64,000 nt of DNA from Oculina patagonica (Eukaryota): contig NC_135759.1 of assembly GCF_052425735.1 (NCBI RefSeq), forward strand, positions 16,554,001-16,618,000. Direction: 5' to 3'. A program made the position numbers and the translations under genes. Shown piece after piece: positions 22,175 through 35,122 of this stretch (position 1 is its first letter; each line of letters starts with the position of its first letter). A model generated the notes under the pieces. That model worked only from the letters and a program-made list of their open reading frames with translations, did not search any database and was not told the origin of the DNA.

Positions 22175-23721
22175 AGTCAGGATTTATTTTTTCTAAAGTA
22201 AGATAAAGTCTGCGTCGAGCTAAGTGGCCCATAGCACCGAACTTATTCCGATATCTGTAGCATTAAGCGACTAGGAGTATTTCTACTCCTATTTCTACTC
22301 CCCTCCCCCCCCCCCCCCCCTCATAAAACTAAATCTAAAATATGGTTCATTTGGTACTAGACAAATATTAAAGTAGTCGCCCTTTATTTCCACAGTTCCT
22401 ATTATAATAATTGTGCAAATCCCTCTTTTCCTGGCTCTCGGTTTCACCGCTCGCCCATTGATTTTTTTATCACACTTTACTTTCTCCTCGTTCCACAGAG
22501 AAAACAGACTAATTGTAGTCTAGACTATTATTTGGAGTATCAAAAGAATAAAAAATTTGTGTGTGGCCCGTATTGACATTCAATATCCTGCTTTGACGCA
22601 AGTTCACGATTCAAAACTCTAGTAATAAGTAGTTAATTAAGAAAAAAACCAAATTTGCTCAACAAAAGTCTACTCAATTAAGTAAAGAGCAGATCGAGTC
22701 ATTTCACTTAACAATGCTGGATTTCAGAAACACGGAAAGGTAATCGTTTTTTGCATGTTTTTATGTCGCCGGATTTGCTACATAACATAACGTCAAATAT
22801 AACATAAATACTGTCTCGACGCCGACCAGCAAAAAAAATTGTAATATAAATAATAAAACAAAGTGTTCACATTCCACTATCATCATTGAAAAGCTACATT
22901 CAGCAACGCGGGAGTAACGCGTTGTATTTTAGTACTGCCTTTAGCAGCTGTTTTATTCACTGTTACAGCTCCGTGGCCATTCTACTAGAAAGAGGTTGTT
23001 AGAACGTTCACGTGATTTTCTGTTGTGAAAATCAGTTACGTAAGAAGCCAATACTAACTTAACGAAGACGGCAATGAGCAGAACTATTTATGCAGAATAG
23101 CTAATTTCAACACATATACGAAATACAGGGACAAACTTTGTCCCTATAGTTTCAGCATTTCAAGAAGAAACCTGTTTCTATCTAAAATACATTTAAATTT
23201 GAGTATTTGAAAGACTATACTTACAATCCTTTCACTCCAACTAGTCTCAACGCGTTGGTCTTCCAATTTCATAACACACCGAGGATATATTTATTGCTCG
23301 AAAGCAAGCTGGTGAACTTGTAGATCTTGTGCAAATGTACAGCATAACTGGTTTAAATTGTCTATGCTCTATGGGCCTCTGATGTTTACAAGCTCTAGTT
23401 GTTTTCTGATCACAATACCACTGTCCGCAAGCAACCAAATTCTTTTTAACATATTAAAAAAATGAAGTTATATTGGGCAAGGTCATGACATGGAATGCTT
23501 AGGGCCATGTCATATTTATCTTGGTCGACTGAGTCGAAAATAAATATCCATTTATAAATCTCCAATGAAAGGTTATACATCACGTTGGTGACTATACAGA
23601 CCATTTACGAATTTCCAATTAATTAAGGGGATTCTTTAGGATTACTGTATCACACCCATCTAATGTCGCTTATGTGGACTGCGGAGCAGTGATAGAATTT
23701 TACATAAAAAGTGGACTGCTT

Positions 23722-23933
23722 TAGAGGGGCCTGAAGGGGTAAAATGGAAACTGGGATTTGGGAAAACTTTCACTGGGAAATGGAATTCGGGCCACTGGGA
23801 CTGAGAATCACGAAAAAAAATAAAACTGGGATTGGGATTTGGAAATATTCGGGAAAACTAAAGGCTAGGAAATGGGATTTGGGCAAAATTTGGGTTACGA
23901 AATGTGAGTAATAATCCCCCTTCAGGACCCTGT
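23722..23933. mobile_element. MITE with internal tgggattt repeats
   Basis: TIR agaggggcctgaagggg / ccccttcaggaccctgt. Confidence 0.6.
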
Positions 23934-24082
23934 TTTAAAAAAACTGAAAAATTTCCTCAGAGGAACATTAACTAATCGGTAAATCCTTCTTGACGTACAA
24001 CCGCCGAAGAGTTTCAGATCTTTTCGTCCAATCAAATTATAGCGCGATTACACCAAAAGTTATCACGTCAATCATTCATCTT

Positions 24083-24095
24083 GTTGCTAGGCAAC
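24083..24095. promoter_or_regulatory. RFX X-box palindrome in the putative upstream region of the TSP1 gene
   Basis: GTTGCTAGGCAAC, with nearby CRE-like half sites (tgacgt at 23991, acgtca at 24065). Confidence 0.5.
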
Positions 24096-25898
24096 TTGTC
24101 GGCCTGGTTTTGAAGTAACTATAAAGATCAACTTAAAAGGAAATTTCTAAAAATCCTTCGTCGGCAAATTTGTTTCATAAAGCGTGCAAGTGAAAATAGG
24201 TCAAAATAGAGTAGGCGAGATGATGCTTAAGCATTTAGGATAGTCAGGGCCACAAATTTTGAAGTTTCAAAAGCGATCTAGACAACAGGAAAGAAGACTA
24301 AAGATTGTTAGCTGGAAAATTGAACATTATTGAATCCTTGAATTCTGTAAAACTAATATAAAAACACGACAAATACACTGATCAAGGCCTACGCCTAAGT
24401 GAACCTTCACTCAGAGTCCTATCGTTCCCTTTTAAAAAGCGATGGCCGGTAGTTGATTTCTAACCTTTCGCGTGATTGAAAACCGTCTGCGATTCTGTGA
24501 AAACGAGCCCAGGAATAATCTCTTGCTTTCTACCAAAGCAACAAAATCATCATAATCACTTTAATTACCAGCTTGCAGGAAATCGATCCTTTATAAACAT
24601 AATTTTGATTTTAGTTATAAGTTATTGTCCGTTTCTTGGATACCTCGTGGTCTCTGGTTGGAACTTGAAAGAAAATATGACAATTTAATTTGCACGCGAC
24701 AACAAAACATGAAAACTTAAGCTTTTGTAGCTCAGATTTGTGCAAAAAGTGCAGTACGTTTTACAGTCGGGTCTGTGCTTGTTAACAGATTTTTGAAAAA
24801 TTGTCCAAAGTTCGTAAAGTTGATATGATATTGAAAGTGCTCTCACGTTGTCTTTGTTCGTTGTTAATTATAATTTTAGTTCAAATAATTATAAACTGAC
24901 TTGAAAAAATGATCGTATAGCTATAATCTTGTTTCATACAAAGCTTTTATGATCTTCTTCTGAAACATTTGCATACTTCGACAAGGGCAGCGTAGTCCAA
25001 TGATAAAACTTAATATGACGGCAGGAGATAAATCGTGGTTTGCGGGTACTTATTCAATGAGCAAAGTTCCTAAAAATAAATCTCTTCTAGTTTACTGATC
25101 TCACTGAAATCAATTTTTTGGACTTAATAGTAATCCACTTTCATTAAGTTGCTTTCCGCTGCTGCAGAAATGGTATGAGATTTAGATTTTTACGAGCTTC
25201 TAAAAACGAACGTTTTAACGGTTAAGTGATTCCACGAGATTCATTTCGCTCTCTAATTAATCGAATCTGTGTACGGATAAACAATAGCGCGAAATTCTTT
25301 GCTGAAAAAAACTATCTTACCTTTTAATGCCAGCATTTTCAGAAAGAGCGATCTCAGAGTTCCAGTTTTGAGAAAAAATCAGGTTCAACCACATTGAATT
25401 GTTAAATGGCCGTCGTTATCGCCCCGGTTTGCGTCATTCGGTCTCACGCTTGATACAAGTCAGTTATTTGTTTAAGAGCAGCCAATACACGCTACCTGCT
25501 TTGAAGTCATCTGCGCTCACACCTTGTGGCTGAATTATTAACTGTATTGTTTGTTTTCTGGTAGCAGTCAAGAAAACCCGTCAACAGCAGACGGCCGTGT
25601 GAACACGTGGTTCAAGACTTCGAACGTGGAAGACTGGTTACAAGTGGTTTTAGTCTCGTCATCACAGTACTCGGCGTCGTACTCGGCTAAATGAGGAGCG
25701 GCTGTGTCCAATCTTGTCTCACCACCCGTTCTTTTTATTATTTTCTAGATTCTAGTTTTCCTTTACCCTGGTCCCTCTGATTCTCTTATTTTTCCAACTG
25801 AAGTAAATTTGATTGAGTAAAGAGCAAAAACCAGGATTTTCTTGATTTTCTCAAGGGGGAAGCAGGCTCTGAGAACGAGATTGGCTCTAGGTATCAGG

Positions 25899-26200
25899 CA
25901 TTCTCGTCCCCATAACCCTTTCGTTTCTCTTAGCCGGCTGGGCCTTGGCACGAGAAAACGATGGGCTCTGGGGACACAGGATTTCTAGTCCTAGATTCTA
26001 GGACTTCCGGTCTTCATGTATTAAGTCATGACGTTTCAAAAGAATGTATGAGAGAGCCGTTACGTTTTCGACTTCCGTTTAGGAATTCTTTGTTCCAAAC
26101 AGTCAATCAAAAAAATTCAAATTTATTCAAAAATCCTATGTCCCCAGAGCCCTTCGTTTTCTCGTGCCAAGCCGGCTAAGAGAAACGAAAGGCTATGGGG
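25899..26200. mobile_element. MITE with long TIRs (copy 1)
   Basis: cattctcgtccccataaccctttcgtttctcttagccgg..cttggcacgagaaaacga and its inverse; second copy at 44987-45275. Confidence 0.8.
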
Positions 26201-27055
26201 CTCGTCGGTGCTGGTGCTTACTTCCGGTTATTCGTAGCAAGTGAATAGGTGTACTGCTACTGCGCCCTTAATGGAATGATCAAGGTTGCCTCTTGCATTT
26301 TGTCACGTTGCCGCAACAGTAAATTTTTGACCAAGTAAAAAAGTCAGCACACTGGGCTCCCTCGCATTAGCTATTTGGCCGTCACTGGTGAGAGCGGCGA
26401 GGGTTATATTAAAGAATACGTAAGAAAATTAAATTCGTCTGCAAAATTATTTAATTTTGGCAACATTGTAAACTCTGGTTTGATCAGTTAAATGACAAAT
26501 GTTTTAACAATCTTGCTTTGAATTACATATTGTCATAAGATAACGCGCCCAGCGTCCAGTTCCTGTAACTGGGCAATAACAATTCCAAGGACTCTCAAAA
26601 TATGGACGAGACCGTACAGCAAATTCAGTTTGTCAGTCTGGCAGATCTGTGGTGTTGACCCAGCACATTGTTAAAGGAACGATTCGAATGTTTTTGTTCA
26701 TACGTTTTAGCACTATTTTCCAGTTATCTCGTACAGTTGTTATCTCTTTAGTTTCACGTTAATTAAGGTGTGCAGGAGAAGGTTCCACAACTGCTAAAAA
26801 AATTTGATTTTAAGATGTTTGTGAACGAAAACAAAGGGTTAGGGATCAGTAGTTTTGAAATAAGAATTTTAAGTTTAGAAATAAAAGTTGAATTTCCACC
26901 AAATCGACTGCTATCAATCCAAGAACTTCGTCTGGAAGCAGTCAATATTTCCTATATCTTTCACCTCATTTCATAAACAAAATAATCCCCCTTTAGGATT
27001 TCGCCACAGGCTTTCATCTCACTGTCAGCTATCAAAATGCACGTATGCCGTCCAT

Positions 27056-30000
27056 TTATTCAATTAACTTCCGTTTCTCTTTCTCCTCCCCCTGCTCTAA
27101 CTTTTCCCGGGGTAGAGGAAGCCACATGGCCCCGGGTATATATGGCGGATCGCTGACAGCACTTCGCTGCAGTAAGTTCTTGTCTTTGGCTTTACTCCGC
27201 TTTTCAGCCTTGAGTAAAAATCTCTGTTCCTTCCTTTTTCTCGTGATTTCCTTGACCCACTGGTACTCGCCTTCAATCTTGCCCCTCGCCTGGCTTACAA
27301 ACTGTGGATTCCTTCTCCGCGTGGCTTCGTATCGCGACGCACTGACGTGCCCCTGATATTTTACTCCACGTTTGCCTAAAAGCAAAAAGCAAGAAATAAG
27401 AAGCGGAAATTCTACACTAACGTTCGCCAGAACAGGTGTCAAGGAATTTAAGGAAATCGCTGAATCAGATATACACCCTTGTAAGCGCTTCGTTGACCCA
27501 TTTTAGGAGCACGTGTATTATTTTAGATCTTCCAACCCTATACGTGTGCCCGTTTCGCGTACAAGAAGCACCAGACTTCATTTATCGTAAGAGGAACAGC
27601 TTTACATTCAGTCAATTTAAATGTGGTTTTTCTATCATAATTTCTCATATTTTTGTATAAAACATTTTCACTATTTTTTAACTTTTTTGTAATACAGTTG
27701 TAATTCTTTTGCTGAAAACAGAAATAAAGTCTATTACTGTCTTTGTCGGTAAATCTTCCGAAGAAAACCCAAAGGGCTTCTGATTCTTTTTTACCAATCA
27801 AGACAATGCACGACCACTCGCGGACACGGAAAAATTGGGCATGAGCTTTTCTTAGTAGAGGACACCGCTACCAACCTCTTCGTTGGACACTAGTCGGTAG
27901 CAAAGCTGGTTGTCTGACATGAAGCCCGACTGCATTAGGAGTGTGCGCCTTCAGTGTTACTAACGAACCACTCCCTGCTGTCACCGACACCCAACCAACA
28001 CTGGACAGTACGACATCTGCAGCGCTGGTATCCCAGCCGATTCCTTTGATAGTAAAGTCTTGTGATCCGAACGGTGGAAAAGTCTCCATGCGCTCTTTTC
28101 CACCAACAGGTATCTGTAAGCCAAGATCAAATAACAAAAAAATTGTCTTGGATTGATATACCAGTTTTTTTTACTAAGTCCACTGATTTTAGACGAGTAC
28201 GTTACGGATGCAAGATATTGAACACCTTACCCCTAGCAGTTCTGTCCCAGCATGTTTGTTGTACACTTCATCAGCGCGTTCTTCACTGCAGATGTGTATT
28301 GGCAAATTGGGAGACGCAACCACGGTAAAGAAAACAGACTCAATTGCCTAGAACAGTGAAATGAAAAACACTCAATAAGCAAAACCAAAACAGGAAAAAG
28401 CACAATACAAAAATATAGTGTCCAAAGGAGGGTAAATGACAAGTGCAATTATCGATTGTACATGCAATATCAAAGTACAAAAAGCATCTCATAAATAAGG
28501 TTCTGTAATATATTATTTATTCTGACAATTTCAAAGTACTGAACAATATTACAGTTCAGTAGATTTCAGATAACAGTATCAGCAATGTGCTGGTGTAGTT
28601 GCTGATTGGTAAAAAACAACACATACATGTACATGAACATGAACATGTACATGTATTTTTTATAGACAAAAGCCCCACCTTTGGAATTGTGTCCCACTCA
28701 CAGTCACTGTCTTGGCTTTGTCTCTTTATCTTTATAATGAAGAAAAACAGAAATTCTTGTCAAACAACAGTAAGCAAAGACTCGTTAACTTCGCCAGGGT
28801 TAAGACAACCTTGTGAAAAATTGGACAAAGGTAAGTAACAGGTCGCTTTTCAAGTGAAAAAAAAAAATGAAAAGTACATATAGATTCAGCTTTTCTTAAA
28901 ATAATAGGTTCAATTTGGGAAATATACATGAAATCAATGCCAGCCTATTACTTTCCTTGCCTTGCCATATGACTTAACAAACTAAAACAAACTACATTTT
29001 ACCACACCTCAAGATAGTCCACTCTGGCCAGACCACCCAACAGTAAAGAATTGCCCGGTTTGAGAATAAACGTCCTAGGTACAAACCACAGAGTTGGATT
29101 CAAACGTCTTATCTCCTCCATTGTCAACAGATTTGTGATCTGTCAAAATAATCAAACTGAAAATGAGTGCATGATTGATGCAGTTTGGATCCAGATCTAA
29201 CATCCAAATGCTATGTTACTCTTTGTGAATGTATACATGTACACAAACCTTCATATTTTGTATGGCATAATTAATTTTATGGAACCAGCCACACAAACAA
29301 TACATGTTGAATCTCCTGTTAGGTAATAGCTGATTCCCTCTATAGCGCGCGCCTGCAGGGAATCACGGTAGTTGTATTCATCAAACCATGCGCGAGACTC
29401 AGCAGCGTGTATCGTTGCCGAGTCTCGCGCATGGTTTGATGAATACAACTACCGTGATTCCCTGCAGGCGTGCGCTATAGAGGGAATCGGCTATTAGTAA
29501 ACTGTAAGGGGAATCTTGAAATAAACCAGCCTGTAAAAACGACTCAATGGGAGGTGGCCTTATGGTTAGCGCGCTCAACTCCAAGTCAAATGGCCTGGGT
29601 TAGAGCCCTGGCCTGGGCACTGTGTTGTGTTCTTGGGCAAGACACTTTACTCTCACAGTGGCTCTTTGTGTTAAATAGGTACCAGCGAATTTACATTGTA
29701 ATGCTGGGGGGTAGCCCTGCGGTAGACTAGCATCCCATCCAGGGGGGAGTAGCAATACGTCTAGTGGCTTAATGCTACAGAAAATAAACTAAGCTCCGGC
29801 TGTAGGGGCCACTTGGCTCGGACACAAACTTTAGTTTTACTCCCATTAGGTGAACACTTGCTCTGACCCCCAGTGATGTCCCCTTATGGGTCAGACTATG
29901 GCTGGTCATGTTGGACTCACTGGAACTTTGAAGAACTAAACAATAAAAGAGAACCTAAATTTTCACTCCTACATGTACACATGTACATTTATGTATCTCA

Positions 30001-33000
30001 ACTGACCCTTCTTAGAAACAAACACATTTTTGTCAAACCTGGTTTTCATTGATAATTCCTGGTGTGTCATACAGCCAGGTCTGACTTTTGTTGGGTTCTT
30101 CCATCACAAAGCTTGGTTTAAGAAAATCAAGACCTGTCTCTGACTGAGTAGGAACCAAAGCTACTGGATTGCCTTTTCTGGTAACTTTTCTTCTTGGTAA
30201 TTTATCCTTGTAGCTTGTTTCTTCTTTGGTAATTATTTCGCTGTCAATTCGAAATTCAGTGTCATCTGGCTTCTGTTGAGGAGAATGAATTTTAAAAATC
30301 AATAAGTACCATGTCATACAAGACACTACTCTCATAGTGCCTCTCTTCACCCAGGTGTCTAAATGGGTACCACGAATTTTCTGCTGGGGGTAACCCTGCC
30401 ATGGACTAGCATCCCATCCAGGGGGGAGTAGCAATACTCCTAGCTGCTTAATGCTACAGAAACTGGGATAAGCTCCGGTCTGATGAGCCACTTGGCTCGA
30501 CTGGAGGCTTTACCCTACCTTTTTACCGTACATTTACACATCTACTGTGTCAAAAGGGACAATGGCCTAACAGTAAGCACAATAGATTCTGGTCAGAGTC
30601 ACTTTGTTGTCTTTTTGGGCAAGCCACTCTCTGGCAACTCTCTTCACCCAGAAGTAAATGGGTACTGGCAAACTATTAGGGCAAATTAAAAAATGCTGGG
30701 GGTAACCTGAAGTGGACTAGCTTCCTATCAAGGAAGGGCTTCCACTTCAAACGTGGTGGTCTAATGGTAAAAAGCATCGGACATGAAACTACAGAATTGT
30801 ATTAAAACAGAGTTTCAGGTTTGAGCTTGGGCAGCACCACTGTACTGTGTTCTTCTGTTAAAATTTTTATTTTTACAGTCTTGGTTTACAGAGTATAAAT
30901 AGATTTAGTCAAGCCTAAAATTGGAGCTCCCCAGTTATTTGCTTTGCCCTTAAATCTGAATTTACTGACCACAGACAGAAAAAAAATTAGGACTTGAGCC
31001 TGCATTCCAATGGAAAACCATTTCCAGGTCAACTTTAAAAAACACATGACCTTGTAGCCTGCAGAACAGGCAGTTTATTTTGCGGGTCGAAGCGCGAAGT
31101 GCGAGTTTTTATTTTGCGGGTCGCGTGGGGGCGAGCGCGAAGCGCAAAGGAAAAATAAACCGCCTGTAGACACACCATTGTTTATGCTCTTCCAACCGTT
31201 CGCCTGGCAAACGGTTTTCAGTGATTGGCTGCTTTAAGCCACATGATGTTAAATGTGTGAAAAAACAAAAAGGCGATCAAAGTGTTCGCTTCTGCCCTCA
31301 ATTTGTTTCCGGTTCGATCAGTGTGTTGAAGATTTTATAAAGGAGAAACACAAGACGCGTATCGAAGCATTATTAGAAAAGAAGGTTGTTTTGAGTCTGC
31401 TACCGACAGGCTTCGGAAAAAACTTGATTTTATATCAGCTCTTTCCGAGAATCCTCGTGTTAGCGAACGGTAATTTCAAGTATCTACATTTGAATCATGT
31501 TGTGCCAACGTAACACAAACAACAGAGGAGGTAAACAGTAAAACCTTATCATTTAGCTCAAGAGACAAAGCGCTCGATCAAACTAATGCAAGAATCTACG
31601 ACACAAAATGTCTCTCTAAAACCAACTTTAAGCTTTCTCGGAGTAAAGCTACAACAGCCTTTGACGAAGCAGGACAAAGATAAATGTGTCATCCGTGATA
31701 AGATCACATCTTGCAACAATATTTATTATCAGCCAGGCCCGGCATCAATTAGTAATCTGCATTTTCACAGCCGGAATATTTGTCAGACCTTGTACTTCCA
31801 GAGCGAAAATTTCAAAACCTTAAGGATATCTTACTAATGGAAATGAAACAAAACTAACTGAACTAGCGAAACATGATGGCAAATTACAGATTTAGAGGTG
31901 TCAAACGAGACGACCAACTGTTTTCGCAGTACTGATACTTGAGACGTGTTTTCGCGTTAATAAATTTAAGCGTTCAGTGATTGGTCCTTTCTCAGTCTTT
32001 CATGTCAATCAAAAAAGTGGGCGGTAGAGCAAGAACAATGGTCTGGCTACAGGCGGTTTATTTTTCCCTCGCGCGCGACCTCACAATAACCCCGCAAAAA
32101 ATAAACCGCCTGTTCTGCAGGCTAATGACCTTGATGAGTTCTATACCTGAGCCTGTGATATGGTTATGTAATACTGGTCAGCAGATACCTTGTTTTGACA
32201 GCTGACTCGTTAACCTATTTCTGGAGTATGGCTGCCAAGTTTTAACCATTGTAATTTTTTTGTAAAAACTATATTATTCAAGCCTTGGGTTGCAATTTAG
32301 TTTTAATAAAGCATCTATCTAAAGTTGTGCAATGTCATCATATGTCGTCATACACGCACCCGCGACCCCTGCCCGGGCTAGCCATGATGACCATGAAAAA
32401 TCAAATGCATGGTTCTCCTGTTTCTGTGCATGCACGATTCTCCTATTTCTGTGGTTATGGGGCTCCGCTCTAAGGCTCTTCTATGGGGATTTCCACTATA
32501 AACTGTTACCAATGAACTGTTTGAGCAACCGTTTCTTTTATTAAAAAAAAGCAGTAACATGTACATATACCATGTACATGTAAATACTGGCAGTGTAGAC
32601 TTATAATTCGCACTCACCTCTATGACACCTTGTCGCATTCTCAAACACAGCTTCCGTAACATCCATTGACCAATAGGAAACCTTAACATTCTTTGCGTTG
32701 TGCCTGGCCACAAGCTGACTGTTGCCCTCTGCAACAAATCAGCCTTCTTATGAACACTAAACAAATCCAGCAGTAGATTAAACAAGGATGTTTTTCCACT
32801 GTTGCTACAACCAATGAGGTAAATATCACCCTTGTGATCCCAATGTTCCAATATTTTACTTGCCAGCTGAGTAATACCAAAGCCAGTCTTAGCACTGACA
32901 AGGCACATACTTTTAATGTTTGCCCCTTCGAGGCCATGAGCTTTGCAAGTTGTAAAAAGCATTTCTTTCAAATGTTTTTCTTGCTTCCCAGTATGGTTAC

Positions 33001-33742
33001 CCTCTACTGGAAGCATGTCTACCTTGTTTCCAACTATAATGATCCTCTTTGCCTCACCAACAGTTTCAAGAAGATTCGGAAAAAGGCTTCCAGGTAGATC
33101 CATCATGTCTACGACATAAAGAATCAACCCTTTTCTTCTCTGTATTTGACTCAAGTAGTCCATGATCTCGCTTGAGGTTACAGTTATAGGAAAGGGCTTA
33201 TTGTAATGCTTCAAATTGAAACACTTTTGACATACCAGTGTTCTGACAGCTAGGTCAGATTCTGGGCGTTTTTCACCTGTAGTTGGATTCTTTGAAGGTA
33301 TTATGTAACCGGCCTTCTCGGGATCTTCGCTTTGAAAAGCAGCCCCGCAACCTGGGCATTTGGGAGAAGGTTGTTCGTAAACATCCGTGTAAGGCTCGAT
33401 GCTCAAGGACTCCTCGACAAGTAAGGTTTCCTGACTAGCTTCAGTGTCCAGTTCATCTTCATATGGTGTACTTACAGCTGGTGTTTCACCAATGTGTTCA
33501 GAAGACGCTAAACCTCGACTTCCTTCTTCCAAATCTGTATTCTTAGAGCTTGTGTCGTCAGAAAGAAGAGCCGTGGTTCTGAAATATCTGCGACAGAAAC
33601 TCTCCTCGCGTTCGACATTAAAACGCAATTGTGACGTGAAATTCTTGGACAAATGTCGAGTTCTAGGAAGACCGTAAGAGCCTAGAAGCCTGTTCGTTTT
33701 CCAAAAGAGGCATCTTGCTCTAACTAATTGAGTAACCGACAT
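27056..33742 (-). CDS. NOA1: Nitric oxide-associated protein 1 (mitochondrial circularly permuted GTPase, YqeH family)
   Basis: Exons 33742-32618, 30272-30039, 29139-29008, 28347-28231, 28113-27876, 27375-27056. Arg-rich presequence; CPGCG..CQKC zinc finger; G4 NKVD, G5 SAK, G1 GCSNSGKT, G2 WPGTT, G3 YDTPG; C-domain PRTFILKPG..LGGLARVDYL and ADVVLSSVGWVSVT. Confidence 0.95.
29324..29496. mobile_element. Near-perfect 173-bp palindromic MITE
   Basis: taatagctgattccctctatagcgcgcgcctgcagggaatcacggtagttgtattcatcaaaccatgcgcgagactc and its inverse, separated by a short loop. Confidence 0.85.
29549..29820 (+). mobile_element. tRNA-derived CORE-like SINE
   Basis: Full-length homolog of 2619-2902. 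Confidence 0.8.
30319..30520 (+). mobile_element. 5'-truncated CORE-like SINE, followed by further degenerate SINE pieces to ~30850
   Basis: actctcatagtgcctctcttcacccaggtg...gcttaatgctacagaaactgggataagctccgg matches the SINE body and tail. Confidence 0.75.
31055..32124. mobile_element. Non-autonomous Academ(H)-like DNA transposon carrying a RecQ helicase fragment
   Basis: Perfect 9-bp TSD ATGACCTTG (31046-31054 and 32125-32133); TIR tagcctgcagaacaggc. Internal + ORF 31253-31513 contains IEALLEKKVVLSLLPTGFGKNLILYQL, resembling RecQ motif I. Confidence 0.85.
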
Positions 33743-35122
33743 ATTTTCTTGCTAAAAATTACGATCATTCCACATGTAGTTTCGCCATGACACTTTTGCA
33801 TGGGCGATTCCGCTGACAAAATCGCAGGCGGAAATAAAACTTATTGCCCAGTCTTCCCTCGATCGACGCGTCAACTACCTCTTGTATCATTTCCAAGCTA
33901 CGAAAATACCTTCTCTTGTGGATATCGTCTTAATTCATCGCTCTTCCAACCTTGCTAAGTCCAGAGGACCTGGTCATTCACCTCCTTTTTCGTTGAAAAA
34001 AGTAAGGCCCGAGTGAAAAAGGACCCTTATAAATTAAGAAAGAGCAAGAAAGCGCACCTTCACTCCCCCCTTAAGCAGAAAAGGCCCTTCTTTAACCCCC
34101 TCCCCATCCCTCGCCCTCTCTTCGTCCTTCCGAATCCCACAGTGTACATTGAACATATCAGTTTCAAGAAATGTCAAATAACCGTTTGTTTTGTAATTAT
34201 TTTAACTAACTCTGGACTGTGTTTGCGTATTATGGTGGAACAATTCTTTTGATCTACTAAATTCTTTGAGAGTCTTAGTTAGAAACTTTTAAAAACAGTA
34301 GTTCTGTTCCAAATTTACTTAGAAACATAAATTATGCCTTATCGTTGATTGATTGTTCATTACATTTATTACTCGGTGGCCGTTCTTTTTCGGTCACTTC
34401 ACCGAACGTTAAAGTATTATCTGTACCGTAAGAATTCAAAACAAATCCATTAAAAATACTACGAGTACTGTTATCCTTTGATCTGATCGGAGTTCGCTCG
34501 AAAGACTTTATCAAAACACTTCAGTTTAAGAGTCCTAAAATTAACGGGCTTCACTTGTGTCAGTTCCTTGATTTTCCAGTTGATTTAACTCCTTTTTTAC
34601 TGAAAGGCACATTGCGATGAACGCAGAAATCGAGTTTCGCAAATGAGAGAAATAACCCACGCATTGTAAATAAGTTGACGTTGAAATGAAGAATACTTAA
34701 CAACAGCCGGGGGGTTTTTTTTTTTTTTTTTTTTTTTTTTCTTTTTCCTCCCCCCCCCCCTGCAAGGCTGGCTCGATTGTTAATTGACGTGTCGTGTGGT
34801 TGGCAAAATTTACATAAAATGCCACTTAATAAATCCCTTCAGCTGTCACCATTAACACTAAACGAATCAACTTTGACAGTAAATGACACCTTTTGTGTGT
34901 AGTTTACCTATCAACAGGGCGGCGAGCGATCCTATTGGCTGAGAACGCGTCTTTCTTTGTACACTTCTCCAAACAGTACATTACGTATACAGCGCCTTTG
35001 TGGTGTTGATTTTTTCCATCTCAACGGGACATTGTGTACCTTGACAACGAAGTAAAGCAGAAAAGTTTGCACAGCAATTCAACAGAATCTACAGATCGCG
35101 GTCGAAGATTGGCGCTTCCGAA
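33743..35122. promoter_or_regulatory. Divergent intergenic/promoter region between NOA1 and FAM166
   Basis: Head-to-head ATGs ~1.4 kb apart; CCAAT-like (attgg) and GC-box-like (gggcgg) motifs at ~34917-34940. Confidence 0.45.

Noticed and set aside
26318-26340. Sm-site-like aatttttga (also at ~49652)
   Set aside because: No snRNA-like flanking structure or similarity; the motif is common in AT-rich DNA.
26763-26976. Short ORFs downstream of NOA1
   Set aside because: No motifs or splice support; probably 3' UTR.
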